Shown: one piece after another, positions 1 through 7,896 of the stretch
Position numbering within the stretch: the stretch's first letter is position 1
Layout: the number at the start of each line of letters is the position of its first letter
Assembly: GCA_934249325.1 (NCBI GenBank)
Contig: CAKQKW010000006.1
Coordinates: 3,491 to 67,490, forward strand
DNA from: an uncultured Clostridia bacterium
GTDB taxonomy: Bacteria; Bacillota; Clostridia; Christensenellales; Borkfalkiaceae
Length of the DNA stretch: 64,000 bases
Direction: 5' to 3'
Position numbers and translations under genes: made by a program
The notes under the pieces: model-generated
What the model saw: the letters and a program-made list of their open reading frames with translations, nothing else
Told to the model about the DNA's origin: nothing
Databases searched by the model: none

Positions 1-447
1 TTGAAAGAATACGGATTACATACGATTATCCGTTTGCCGCAGGTATTCAAACCGTATGCGAGCGTCAATACCAATCTTTTGTTCTTCAAAAAAGGCGTTG
101 TCAGTCGTGGCGTATGGTTCTATCGTCTTGACTATCCGGAAGGCGTTAAGAGCTTCTCCAAGACTAAGCCGATGCAGGACAAGCATTTTGATCCCGTTCG
201 TGAATGGTGGGAGAACAAAGAAGCCATTGTAGTCGATGGTTTTGACAAGGCACGCTTCTATACACCCGAAGAATTGGAAGCGTTGAACTACGATTTTGAT
301 AAATGCTGTCCGTTTCCTCATGTGGAAGAAGAAATTCTTGAGCCGAAGGACTTGATTGCCAAGTATGAAGCGGAACGCACCGAACTGAATGCCTCTATTG
401 ATCGTATCTTGGCAAGTATCACCGCAAAAATGGAGGAAAATAAATGA
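1..447 (+). CDS. hsdM: Type I restriction-modification DNA methyltransferase subunit HsdM, C-terminal fragment (5' part lies outside the window)
   Basis: The ORF is open to the window edge. The C-terminal sequence (RLPQVFKPYASVNTNLLFFKKG...VWFY) resembles the region after the catalytic motif of N6-adenine HsdM methylases. A 4-nt ATGA overlap links it to the downstream hsdS. Confidence 0.85.
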   Translation: MKEYGLHTIIRLPQVFKPYASVNTNLLFFKKGVVSRGVWFYRLDYPEGVKSFSKTKPMQDKHFDPVREWWENKEAIVVDGFDKARFYTPEELEALNYDFDKCCPFPHVEEEILEPKDLIAKYEAERTELNASIDRILASITAKMEENK

Positions 448-1862
448 CGGCACAAGAATTAAAAAACTCCATTTTGCAGTTGGCGGTTCAAGGGAAACTT
501 GTACCACAATATAAAGAGGATGAACCGGCATCGGAATTGTTGAAGCGAATTGAACAAGAAAAATCCACACTCATTAAGGCAGGCATAATCAAAAAATATA
601 AGGAACTTTCAACTCTCTCTGCAGATGATTGCCCATTTGATATCCCGGAATCGTGGATTTGGATGAAGCTCGGAGATATGTGTCAACTTCTTGACGGTGT
701 AAAAAGAAGGGGAGAAAAACATCCATATCTTGAAGCGAAATATCTTCGTGGTAAAGTTGATGCAACTATACTGAATGAAGGAAAATTTGTAGAAAAAGGC
801 ACTCGATTAATTTTAGTTGATGGTGAAAATTCAGGCGAGGTATTTAACTCAACCCAAGACGGATATATGGGTAGCACTTTTAAGGTGCTGTTTTTTCCCC
901 AAGTTCTGTCTGAGGAATATGTATTGTATTTTCTACTTTTCAAAAGAACGGCTTTCCGCAACAATAAGACTGGAGCCGCCATTCCTCATTTGAACAAAGA
1001 GCTGTTTTTTAATATGCCGTTCCCTATTCCCCCTCTTGCCGAACAAAAGCGCATTGTGGCAAAAATCGAAGAATTGATGCCTTTGATTGAGGAATACGGC
1101 AAGGCAGAAGAACAGTTAACCAAATTGAATGCCGAATTCCCGGACAAGCTCCGCAAATCCATTTTGCAACAAGCCGTTCAAGGTAAGCTTACCGAACGTG
1201 ATCCTGCCGACGAACCCGCCTCTGAACTTCTCAAACGCATTAAGAAGGAAAAAGAAGCTCTCATGAAATCCGGCAAAATCAAAAAAGAAAAGCCTCTGCC
1301 GGAAATTACAGAGGACGAAAAGCCTTTCGATATTCCGGATACTTGGGAGTGGGTAAGATTATCTGATATTTGCAATATATCAGACGGCACACATCAAACT
1401 CCGACTTATGTTGAACATGGTATCCCATTTATTTCGGCACAAAATGTAAAACCATATCGTTTTCTTCCCGAAAATCATAGGGATGTATCGTATGAGGATT
1501 ACTTAGAATACAACAAAAACATATCCCCTGAAAAAGGAGATATTCTGATGGCTCGTGTTGGAGCCGGGATAGGAGAAGCAGCAATAATTGATCAGGATTT
1601 TGAGTTTTCTATCTATGTAAGTTTGACATTAATTAAATGCTATTCAAAAGAATTTGATATGATGTATCTTCTTCATGTGTTAAATTCTCCTATCGGTAGG
1701 AAACTTGCAGAAAAGAAAACATTGGGTAAAGGTGCATCACAAGGTAATTTGAATTTGATATTTATTAGAGAATTTGTATTGCCTATCCCACCACTCGCTG
1801 AACAAAAACGAATTGTCAAACGCGTTGAAGAACTTCTCGCCTTGTGCGATGAATTGAAATGA
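444..1862 (+). CDS. hsdS: Type I restriction-modification specificity subunit HsdS (two target-recognition domains)
   Basis: The conserved helices 'PPLAEQKRIV..EEL' occur twice, and the spacer motif 'SILQ.AVQGKL....DEPASELLKRI..EK' also occurs twice. These flank two variable halves, which is the canonical HsdS layout. Confidence 0.9.
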   Translation: MTAQELKNSILQLAVQGKLVPQYKEDEPASELLKRIEQEKSTLIKAGIIKKYKELSTLSADDCPFDIPESWIWMKLGDMCQLLDGVKRRGEKHPYLEAKYLRGKVDATILNEGKFVEKGTRLILVDGENSGEVFNSTQDGYMGSTFKVLFFPQVLSEEYVLYFLLFKRTAFRNNKTGAAIPHLNKELFFNMPFPIPPLAEQKRIVAKIEELMPLIEEYGKAEEQLTKLNAEFPDKLRKSILQQAVQGKLTERDPADEPASELLKRIKKEKEALMKSGKIKKEKPLPEITEDEKPFDIPDTWEWVRLSDICNISDGTHQTPTYVEHGIPFISAQNVKPYRFLPENHRDVSYEDYLEYNKNISPEKGDILMARVGAGIGEAAIIDQDFEFSIYVSLTLIKCYSKEFDMMYLLHVLNSPIGRKLAEKKTLGKGASQGNLNLIFIREFVLPIPPLAEQKRIVKRVEELLALCDELK

Positions 1863-1872
1863 GGTGAATATA

Positions 1873-3198
1873 ATGATTGGTCTTGATAAAACCGCACAGG
1901 ATGCACTGAGAAATATTTATGCACAATTGGAGAACAATAGCGAGATATCCGTCTCGTCTCCGGGCTATAAAAAAACGACCATTGATTATTTAGTTAGTCA
2001 AGGGTTGCTTGAAAAAATTGATGCAAGTACACTAAGTGGGTGGGCATACATCATTAGACCAACTCATGGTGGAGAAGTAGTGTTTGCTGAGTTATCAGCG
2101 TTACCCTTATCAAAAGTTGACACTTTTATCAAACAAGGCGAAACCATTATGAAAGAGGAATATCATCATGTAACAGACCCCGGATTAGTAATACCTGATT
2201 ATATCAGCGGACCAAAATCAGATCAATGGTTTAACGAAATTAGCATATTTAACAGCCGAATATTAATTAATCATCCGTTACATGACCAGATTGCAGAGGT
2301 ATGTAAAAATCACAAACGGTCATTATCTGCTCACAAAGATATGATGGGATACTTGAAAGCACTCGCTTCAGATAGTGACTTTTGGAGAGAACCTGAACCA
2401 AAGGAGAACCCAATGAAAGTAAGCAGTAAAAGAACAATTGATCAGATGCTGGCAGATGGCATTGAACGTTGTGAGGAATATCTCAATCAGCCAAGCGACG
2501 AGACATACGGAAAAAAGCTATACATTGAAATTACAAGTAGATATGATAGTATTATTAGTGGATTTGGAAATGGTTTATATAATTATTATGCTGACCAACA
2601 CTTTTACGATCCCGAGATATGTGGCGATTCCCTATTACATAATCTGCGTGTATTACATGGAAAGATGGTTGCTTATCAAGCTAAAAAAAATTCGCCTGTT
2701 GCAACAGTAAACAATTCACTCAAACATTCAGAAAGTGATGTCAAAGACAATAAAAAGGTCTTTGTTGTACATGGACATGATAATGAAGCAAAGCAAGAAT
2801 TAGCTCGAGTCCTCGAAAAATCTGATTTTGAGGCAATTATTTTACATGAACAGCCCAATGCCGGAAAAACGATCATTGAAAAAATTGAGCGCTTTTCAGA
2901 TGTGGGTTATGCAATTGTCCTCTATACTGAATGTGATAAAGGGCGTGACAAGAATGTACCGATAGAACAAGAAAAAAGCAGAGCGAGACAGAATGTTGTT
3001 TTTGAGCATGGTTACTTAATTGCAAAGCTCGGCAGAGATCATGTATGTGCATTAGTCAAAGGGGATGTTGAAACTCCTGGAGATATTAGCGGAGTTGTCT
3101 ATGTCCCTATGGATGAGAATGGCGCATGGAAAATACAGTTGGCAAAGGATATGCAAGATGTGGGATTGCCTGTTGATATGAATAAGTTTTGCAGGTAA
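1873..3198 (+). CDS. Protein with an orphan ~290-aa N-terminal region and a C-terminal TIR-like domain (Cap12/PycTIR-type, 'predicted nucleotide-binding protein containing TIR-like domain')
   Basis: The C-terminal ~150 aa read 'KKVFVVHGHDNEAKQELARVLEKSDFEAIILHEQPNAGKTIIEKIE...RARQNVVFEHGYLIAKLGRDHVCALVKGDVETPGDISGVVYVPMD'. This matches the VFIVHGHD / EQ.N.G.TIIEK / R.RQNV.FE.GY signature as I remember it. ATG 1873 lies 6 nt after a GAGGTG Shine-Dalgarno. The ORF track starts at GTG 1864. Confidence 0.7.
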   Translation: MIGLDKTAQDALRNIYAQLENNSEISVSSPGYKKTTIDYLVSQGLLEKIDASTLSGWAYIIRPTHGGEVVFAELSALPLSKVDTFIKQGETIMKEEYHHVTDPGLVIPDYISGPKSDQWFNEISIFNSRILINHPLHDQIAEVCKNHKRSLSAHKDMMGYLKALASDSDFWREPEPKENPMKVSSKRTIDQMLADGIERCEEYLNQPSDETYGKKLYIEITSRYDSIISGFGNGLYNYYADQHFYDPEICGDSLLHNLRVLHGKMVAYQAKKNSPVATVNNSLKHSESDVKDNKKVFVVHGHDNEAKQELARVLEKSDFEAIILHEQPNAGKTIIEKIERFSDVGYAIVLYTECDKGRDKNVPIEQEKSRARQNVVFEHGYLIAKLGRDHVCALVKGDVETPGDISGVVYVPMDENGAWKIQLAKDMQDVGLPVDMNKFCR

Positions 3199-3218
3199 GG
3201 GCTTAATAGGAGGTTCGT

Positions 3219-4340
3219 ATGGATTTTTGTTTTGATGCAGTTATTATCGATACATCAGCATTGGAAAATTTTCAATTTGATTTCTGTGGATGGACGACAA
3301 AAACATTACCGTCGTTTTTTGATTTCCTTAAAGAACAAAATATCCATCTTTTGAACCATCCAGTATTAGACGGAGAAATAAAGAAACATATTGTTCATTC
3401 TCAATTGCTCGAAAAAATCAATGGTTTGCAACAAAATATTCAACGCAATAAAGAGTTTTATAAGCTTATCGGCGTTTCGCCTGAAGATGCCATAAAACGA
3501 TTATCTGAACTTGACATAGAAAAAATGTTGTTATCTGAGTACAACAATATTTTTTGCGATGCTACTATGCTCTCTTTTTCATCACCAGAAATAATTTTTG
3601 AAAAATACTTTAGTTCGTGTCCTCCTTTTTCAGAAAGCGGTAATAAAAAGAATGAATTTCCAGACGCCTTTATTATTGAAAGTGTAAAAGATTATTTGAG
3701 AAAGAATAGATTTCACAATGTTCTTGTCGTGAGCAAAGATTTTGATTGGAAAAAGGCTTTTGAAAAAGTGGAGAGAACATCTTTTTGCGACTCAATCGAT
3801 GATGCTTTGAAAATGGTTCAAAGCACTGAAAAAATTGATTATATAGTATCAGACTGTAAAATAGAAATATTAGAAGCTATACAATTTCAGGCAGAATGCG
3901 AATGCTATAGCCTATCTGATTTCGAGATGCCTGCAAATGCAGATGTCGAAATTATGTCGGTCAAAGTTGGTGATATAAATGATATTATTCCTTTGAGGAT
4001 TACTTCTTCTACGATACTATTTAAATGTTCCGCACACCTTTTTGTAGCTGGCTCAACACGTATTATCAATGAAGATCGTTCTTTCTGGGATCATGAAGAA
4101 AGAGAATACCTAATTATTTCGTATTCAGATATTTCATTTAAAAATGGGCAGGCAAATGTTGAATGTGAGATTACAATAGACTACTCTCCTGAAATCGACG
4201 ATTATACCGCTCAGGTGTCTGATGCAAGAATAATTGAAAAATATGCTATTGATATAGATCTGAATGGCGCTGATATCGATGAAGAAGAATGCTCAGATGA
4301 CCAATTGGCATATGAAGCTCTATTGGACGACCACAGATAA
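3219..4340 (+). CDS. PIN-like domain protein (DUF4935-type) with a ~180-aa C-terminal domain of unknown function
   Basis: The N-terminus 'AVIIDTSALENF' supplies the first acidic residue after a beta strand. 'FPDAFIIESV' and 'VLVVSKDFDW' sit where the later PIN acidic residues are expected. An AGGAGG Shine-Dalgarno lies 6 nt upstream of the ATG. Confidence 0.5.
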   Translation: MDFCFDAVIIDTSALENFQFDFCGWTTKTLPSFFDFLKEQNIHLLNHPVLDGEIKKHIVHSQLLEKINGLQQNIQRNKEFYKLIGVSPEDAIKRLSELDIEKMLLSEYNNIFCDATMLSFSSPEIIFEKYFSSCPPFSESGNKKNEFPDAFIIESVKDYLRKNRFHNVLVVSKDFDWKKAFEKVERTSFCDSIDDALKMVQSTEKIDYIVSDCKIEILEAIQFQAECECYSLSDFEMPANADVEIMSVKVGDINDIIPLRITSSTILFKCSAHLFVAGSTRIINEDRSFWDHEEREYLIISYSDISFKNGQANVECEITIDYSPEIDDYTAQVSDARIIEKYAIDIDLNGADIDEEECSDDQLAYEALLDDHR

Positions 4341-4342
4341 TC

Positions 4343-5149
4343 ATGGAAAATTATTTTATTTTTACCGACGAAGCCGGTGCTTATCAAAAGCGTCCAAGTG
4401 ATGCTCATATCAGAAGTCATCCGTTTTACATAAGAGCAAATGTTTGTATGTCAATTGATGATTATCGACAGTATCAAATTGAAATGCAACGTGTAAACGG
4501 CGAATATGAAATCCCCTTCGACGAGGAAATTAAATGGTCGGATTTATGGAGCAAAGAGAGAAAGAAACCGCGGAATGATCGGATTTCACAAATGTCTTCT
4601 GACCGTTTGAAGGGTTACTATTGTAAAGTTTTTGAGCTTGCCACAGCAAAAAAATCAACAATGTTTTTATTCACTGTAACAGACATAGTCGGACGAACAT
4701 GTGGATGGAGAATCGAACCATTATATAAAGCGCATTTACAAGACGCATTTGAGAGAATTCAGATGGATTTGAATAACACAGATGATTTTGCAACGTTTGT
4801 AATGGATGAATTAAACATAGAAACAATTAAAGAAATAAAGTCCGCTTGCCATGAGTTTACTATTCACGGAGATTTCGTTAAGTATAAAAACCTGTATCAG
4901 GGAGTATTAACTGAAAACAGCTTATATAGCCCTGGAATTCAACTTGCTGATTATGCAGCAGGTGTGATGAATGGATATCTGCGTGGAAAAATTGTTTCAC
5001 CAGGCAACTATCAATTTGCAACGAATCTATTTTCTGATTATATTATTTCCCGAATCAGATCACATTCCAACGGCACAATCGTTGGTTACGGAGTTATTGA
5101 TGTACCGAAAAAAACACCTTTTAGAAAAAAACTTGAAACTGTGTTCTAA
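4343..5149 (+). CDS. DUF3800-type protein (function unknown)
   Basis: The N-terminal 'YFIFTDEAGAY' and C-terminal 'IQLADYAAGV' match the two DUF3800 signature motifs (..D-E-S/A-G.. and Q-x-A-D) as I recall them. The start lies 2 nt after the upstream stop and has no obvious SD, which suggests translational coupling. Confidence 0.55.
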   Translation: MENYFIFTDEAGAYQKRPSDAHIRSHPFYIRANVCMSIDDYRQYQIEMQRVNGEYEIPFDEEIKWSDLWSKERKKPRNDRISQMSSDRLKGYYCKVFELATAKKSTMFLFTVTDIVGRTCGWRIEPLYKAHLQDAFERIQMDLNNTDDFATFVMDELNIETIKEIKSACHEFTIHGDFVKYKNLYQGVLTENSLYSPGIQLADYAAGVMNGYLRGKIVSPGNYQFATNLFSDYIISRIRSHSNGTIVGYGVIDVPKKTPFRKKLETVF

Positions 5150-5169
5150 TATAAAAGGAGAATTGGGTT

Positions 5170-6657
5170 ATGAAAAATAAATTGGTGTCTTTAATAGATA
5201 TGGTTAAACTTTCCCATAATCCTGAGCTTTCCAAAGCGTACATACGCTATTTGTGTGGCCTTAACGACGAGAAACAATATCGTCATCAAGAAATCAAAGA
5301 TATAAAGTCGTTGCTGTCATATATTCCTCTTCCCGAGACAAAACTTTCAGGATTTATTTATGGATATGATGTGCCTCAGTTAAATCGCGAATTCGATTTA
5401 CTTAAGATTACCGAAACTTGTTGTCTAAATATCGAGTTAAAAAGCGTTGATATCGCAGAAGAAAAAATCAGGAAGCAACTTCTTCAAAATCGTCATTATC
5501 TGAAACTGCTGGATAAGGAATTGTTTTTGTTTACATATATATCATCGTCAAACGTTGTATATTCATTAAACGATTGTGGAGAACTCATACAGGTTGATCT
5601 TTCATCACTTTTAGATACTTGGCGTACAATTAAGGATGAAGCAGTTCTTGTTGATTTGGATCAAGTGTTTGCTCCCAAAAACACGCTTGTTTCACCGCTT
5701 AATGCAACAGAAAAATTTTTGAATGGCGATTATATTCTCACAGAAAATCAAGAAAATATCAAAAAAAAGATTCTTTCATATATTACTTCAAATTCAGCTG
5801 ACAGATTCGTAGGGTTAACAGGTGGCCCCGGGACGGGTAAAACACTCGTTATTTATGATCTTGCGAAAGAACTGTCTGTTTCTTGCAGCATCCTAATTGT
5901 ACATAGTGGAATTTTGTGCGCTGGACACGAAGAATTAAATAATAAACTTCAAAATGTAAAAATCATTTCCGCGAAAGAACTACGGTACAGAGAAATCAAT
6001 AACGTTGATATTGTTATAGTAGATGAGGCTCATAGACTCTATACTGAATCTCTCGAAAAAATTGAAAGATGGGTTAAGCGAACAAAAACAATTTGTATTT
6101 TTTCGTATGATGCAGGGCAAATGCTTTCGCGAAGAGAAAAATTCAGAGATACTACAAAAAAGATTAATGTAATTTGTACAAATCATATTTTTAAACTTAC
6201 AAACAAGATTCGTACAAACAAAGAATTGGCATTGTTTATCACCTGCCTTTTTGATCTATCGAAGTATAGGGATGATTACTCTTTCCCAAATGCCAAAATT
6301 ATTTTTGAACCTGATAGAGTAAAAGCTAAAGTATCCATAGAAGCCTTAAAGCAAGCTGGCTACACTTTTATTTCCTATACGCCATCTGTTTTTCGCTCGT
6401 ATCTTGACGATCAGGCTGATGAATTTAATACGCACAATGTTATCGGACAAGAGTTTGATGGAGTGTGTATGATGCTGGATAATCATTTTTCCTATAATTC
6501 CTCAGGAAAATTAGAAGCCACCGAGCACCCAAATCCCGATTATCTTTTCACGCAGTTGCTTTACCAAGGGTTAACGAGAGTTAGAAGTAAAATTGCAATT
6601 GTGGTAACATCAGAAACAATATTACAAAATCTTTTACCTCTAATGAAAAATAATTAA
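5170..6657 (+). CDS. Predicted nuclease-ATPase: N-terminal PD-(D/E)xK (NERD-like) motif plus a P-loop DUF2075/SF1-helicase-like NTPase
   Basis: 'EFDLLKI...CLNIELKS' gives a D..ExK motif. The Walker A is 'GLTGGPGTGKT' and the Walker B/DEAH-like box is 'IVIVDEAHRL'. The C-terminal 'VIGQEFDGVCMM' and 'LYQGLTRVRSKIAIV' resemble SF1 motifs V/VI. An AAGGAG SD lies upstream. Confidence 0.6.
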   Translation: MKNKLVSLIDMVKLSHNPELSKAYIRYLCGLNDEKQYRHQEIKDIKSLLSYIPLPETKLSGFIYGYDVPQLNREFDLLKITETCCLNIELKSVDIAEEKIRKQLLQNRHYLKLLDKELFLFTYISSSNVVYSLNDCGELIQVDLSSLLDTWRTIKDEAVLVDLDQVFAPKNTLVSPLNATEKFLNGDYILTENQENIKKKILSYITSNSADRFVGLTGGPGTGKTLVIYDLAKELSVSCSILIVHSGILCAGHEELNNKLQNVKIISAKELRYREINNVDIVIVDEAHRLYTESLEKIERWVKRTKTICIFSYDAGQMLSRREKFRDTTKKINVICTNHIFKLTNKIRTNKELALFITCLFDLSKYRDDYSFPNAKIIFEPDRVKAKVSIEALKQAGYTFISYTPSVFRSYLDDQADEFNTHNVIGQEFDGVCMMLDNHFSYNSSGKLEATEHPNPDYLFTQLLYQGLTRVRSKIAIVVTSETILQNLLPLMKNN

Positions 6658-6675
6658 TATCAATAAAGATTCATT

Positions 6676-6711
6676 AAAAAGGAAGTCTAATTCGAATTAG
6701 ACTTCCTTTTT
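6676..6711 (+). terminator. Rho-independent terminator closing the hsdM-hsdS-four-gene operon
   Basis: A perfect palindrome 'aaaaaggaagtctaattc/gaattagacttccttttt' ends in a T run, 19 nt after the stop codon at 6657. Confidence 0.8.
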
Positions 6712-6776
6712 GTATGCGGCTGTTAAAAAATTATAGGTAACTTTTTTCTTAAAAACCTTGTAAAACTCATCGTAAA

Positions 6777-6811
6777 ATGTCCCTTTATTATAAAGGGGCA
6801 TTTTTCTTTTT
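6777..6811 (+). terminator. Second hairpin plus T-tract (terminator-like) just outside the left end of the IS
   Basis: 'atgtccctttat-tta-ataaaggggcat' forms an 11-bp stem and is followed by 'tttttcttttt'. Confidence 0.5.
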
Positions 6812-6814
6812 GCG

Positions 6815-7896
6815 GTGAATTATACTATTAAGTGCAACACCTAAGCGAAAAAAAAGAAGTTCATATAAATCTATGGTATAATGGTTTTAAGCACAAAACA
6901 AAAACACCAGGGAGAAATATATGAACTATAAACATTTTACCATAGAAGAACGTTGTTGTCTACGAGAATATTACATAAAAGGAAAAAGTTATAGAGAAAT
7001 AGCAAGGTTACTCGGTAGAAACGTAAGTTCGGTTTCAAGAGAGTTGCGAAGAAATTGCACGTTTTACAGAGATATTCCGAGATATTACCCATATACTGCT
7101 CAACGCAAAAGTAATTTAAGAAACAGTTATCGCCATCGAGGAATGTTTTGGAGTAAAGAAGTAATCGACTACATCGACGAAAAATTATCGCTGACTTGGT
7201 CGCCCGAACAAATAGCAAATACTCCATGCGAATTAAAAATACCTTCATTTAAGACGATTTATAGGTGGATAGACGAAGGATATTTGCGTTCAACGTTAAA
7301 AAATTTACGAAGAAAAGGCAAAACACGAAAAAGATTAGGAAACGGCGGAAGATTTACCACAGGTAAATCTATACGAAAGAGAGATAAAAGCGTATATACA
7401 AGAAAAGAATTCGGACATTGGGAAGCAGATACAGTTGTAAGCGGCAAAGGAAAAGCAAAAGCGTGTTTTGCAACGCTGGCGGAAAGAAAAACGAGATTTT
7501 ACATAGCAGTGAAAATACCTGATAGAAACGGCGAAACAATGGCAAACGCAATCATAAAAGCGTTGTCGATACTTCCGAAAGGAGCGGTGAAAACGATCAC
7601 TTGCGACAGAGGAAGCGAATTCGCGGGTTGGAAAAAAATAGAAGAAGAACTGCATTGTAGCATGTATTTTGCCGACCCGTATTGCGCGTGGCAAAAAGGT
7701 ACGAATGAAAACCTGAACGGATTGCTTCGCGAATTCTATCCCAAAGGTCACAATCTCGAAAGAGTATCCGAAAAAACACTAAAAAAGAATCTGGCGTTAA
7801 TTAACGCCAGACCCAAGAAAGTTTTACACTACCAAAAACCGGTAGATTTATTTAACTTTTTTCTCACTAAGTGTTGCACTTAGTTTGACAATTCAC
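6815..7896 (+). mobile_element. IS30-family insertion sequence, apparently intact (~1.08 kb)
   Basis: A single transposase ORF is flanked by 26-bp imperfect terminal inverted repeats. The left IR (6815-6840) is gtgaattatactattaagtgcaacac. The reverse complement of the right IR (7871-7896) is gtgaattgtcaaactaagtgcaacac. By hand alignment 20 of 26 positions are identical. Confidence 0.85.
6921..7883 (+). CDS. IS30-family transposase (HTH plus DDE)
   Basis: The N-terminal HTH 'SYREIARLLGRNVSSVSRELRRN' is present. DDE landmarks are 'HWEADTV', 'TCDRGSEF' and 'NENLNGLLREFYPKG'. The stop codon lies inside the right IR. Confidence 0.9.
   Translation: MNYKHFTIEERCCLREYYIKGKSYREIARLLGRNVSSVSRELRRNCTFYRDIPRYYPYTAQRKSNLRNSYRHRGMFWSKEVIDYIDEKLSLTWSPEQIANTPCELKIPSFKTIYRWIDEGYLRSTLKNLRRKGKTRKRLGNGGRFTTGKSIRKRDKSVYTRKEFGHWEADTVVSGKGKAKACFATLAERKTRFYIAVKIPDRNGETMANAIIKALSILPKGAVKTITCDRGSEFAGWKKIEEELHCSMYFADPYCAWQKGTNENLNGLLREFYPKGHNLERVSEKTLKKNLALINARPKKVLHYQKPVDLFNFFLTKCCT

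Noticed and set aside
16-570. A 184-aa minus-strand ORF across the hsdM/hsdS junction, and small internal ORFs in the island (683-982, 1178-1390, 2438-2710, 4211-4420, 5980-6186).
   Set aside because: They lie antisense to or nested within well-supported genes. They have no SD and hydrophobic or low-complexity translations.
444-1862. A phase-variable (shufflon-type) hsdS locus.
   Set aside because: The window has no second or partial hsdS copy, no inverted hsdS fragments and no tyrosine or serine recombinase.
5170-6657. The 495-aa nuclease-ATPase considered as a truncated hsdR.
   Set aside because: It is too short, and its motifs look SF1/DUF2075-like rather than the SF2 DEAD/ResIII motifs of HsdR. 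I saw no frameshift remnants. It is treated as a distinct gene, although this remains to be checked by profile search.
6937-7751. Minus-strand ORFs inside the IS30 element (6937-7248, 7335-7751 and others), considered as possible antisense regulators or second IS genes.
   Set aside because: IS30-family elements encode a single transposase. These ORFs are AT-rich shadow frames without start signals.
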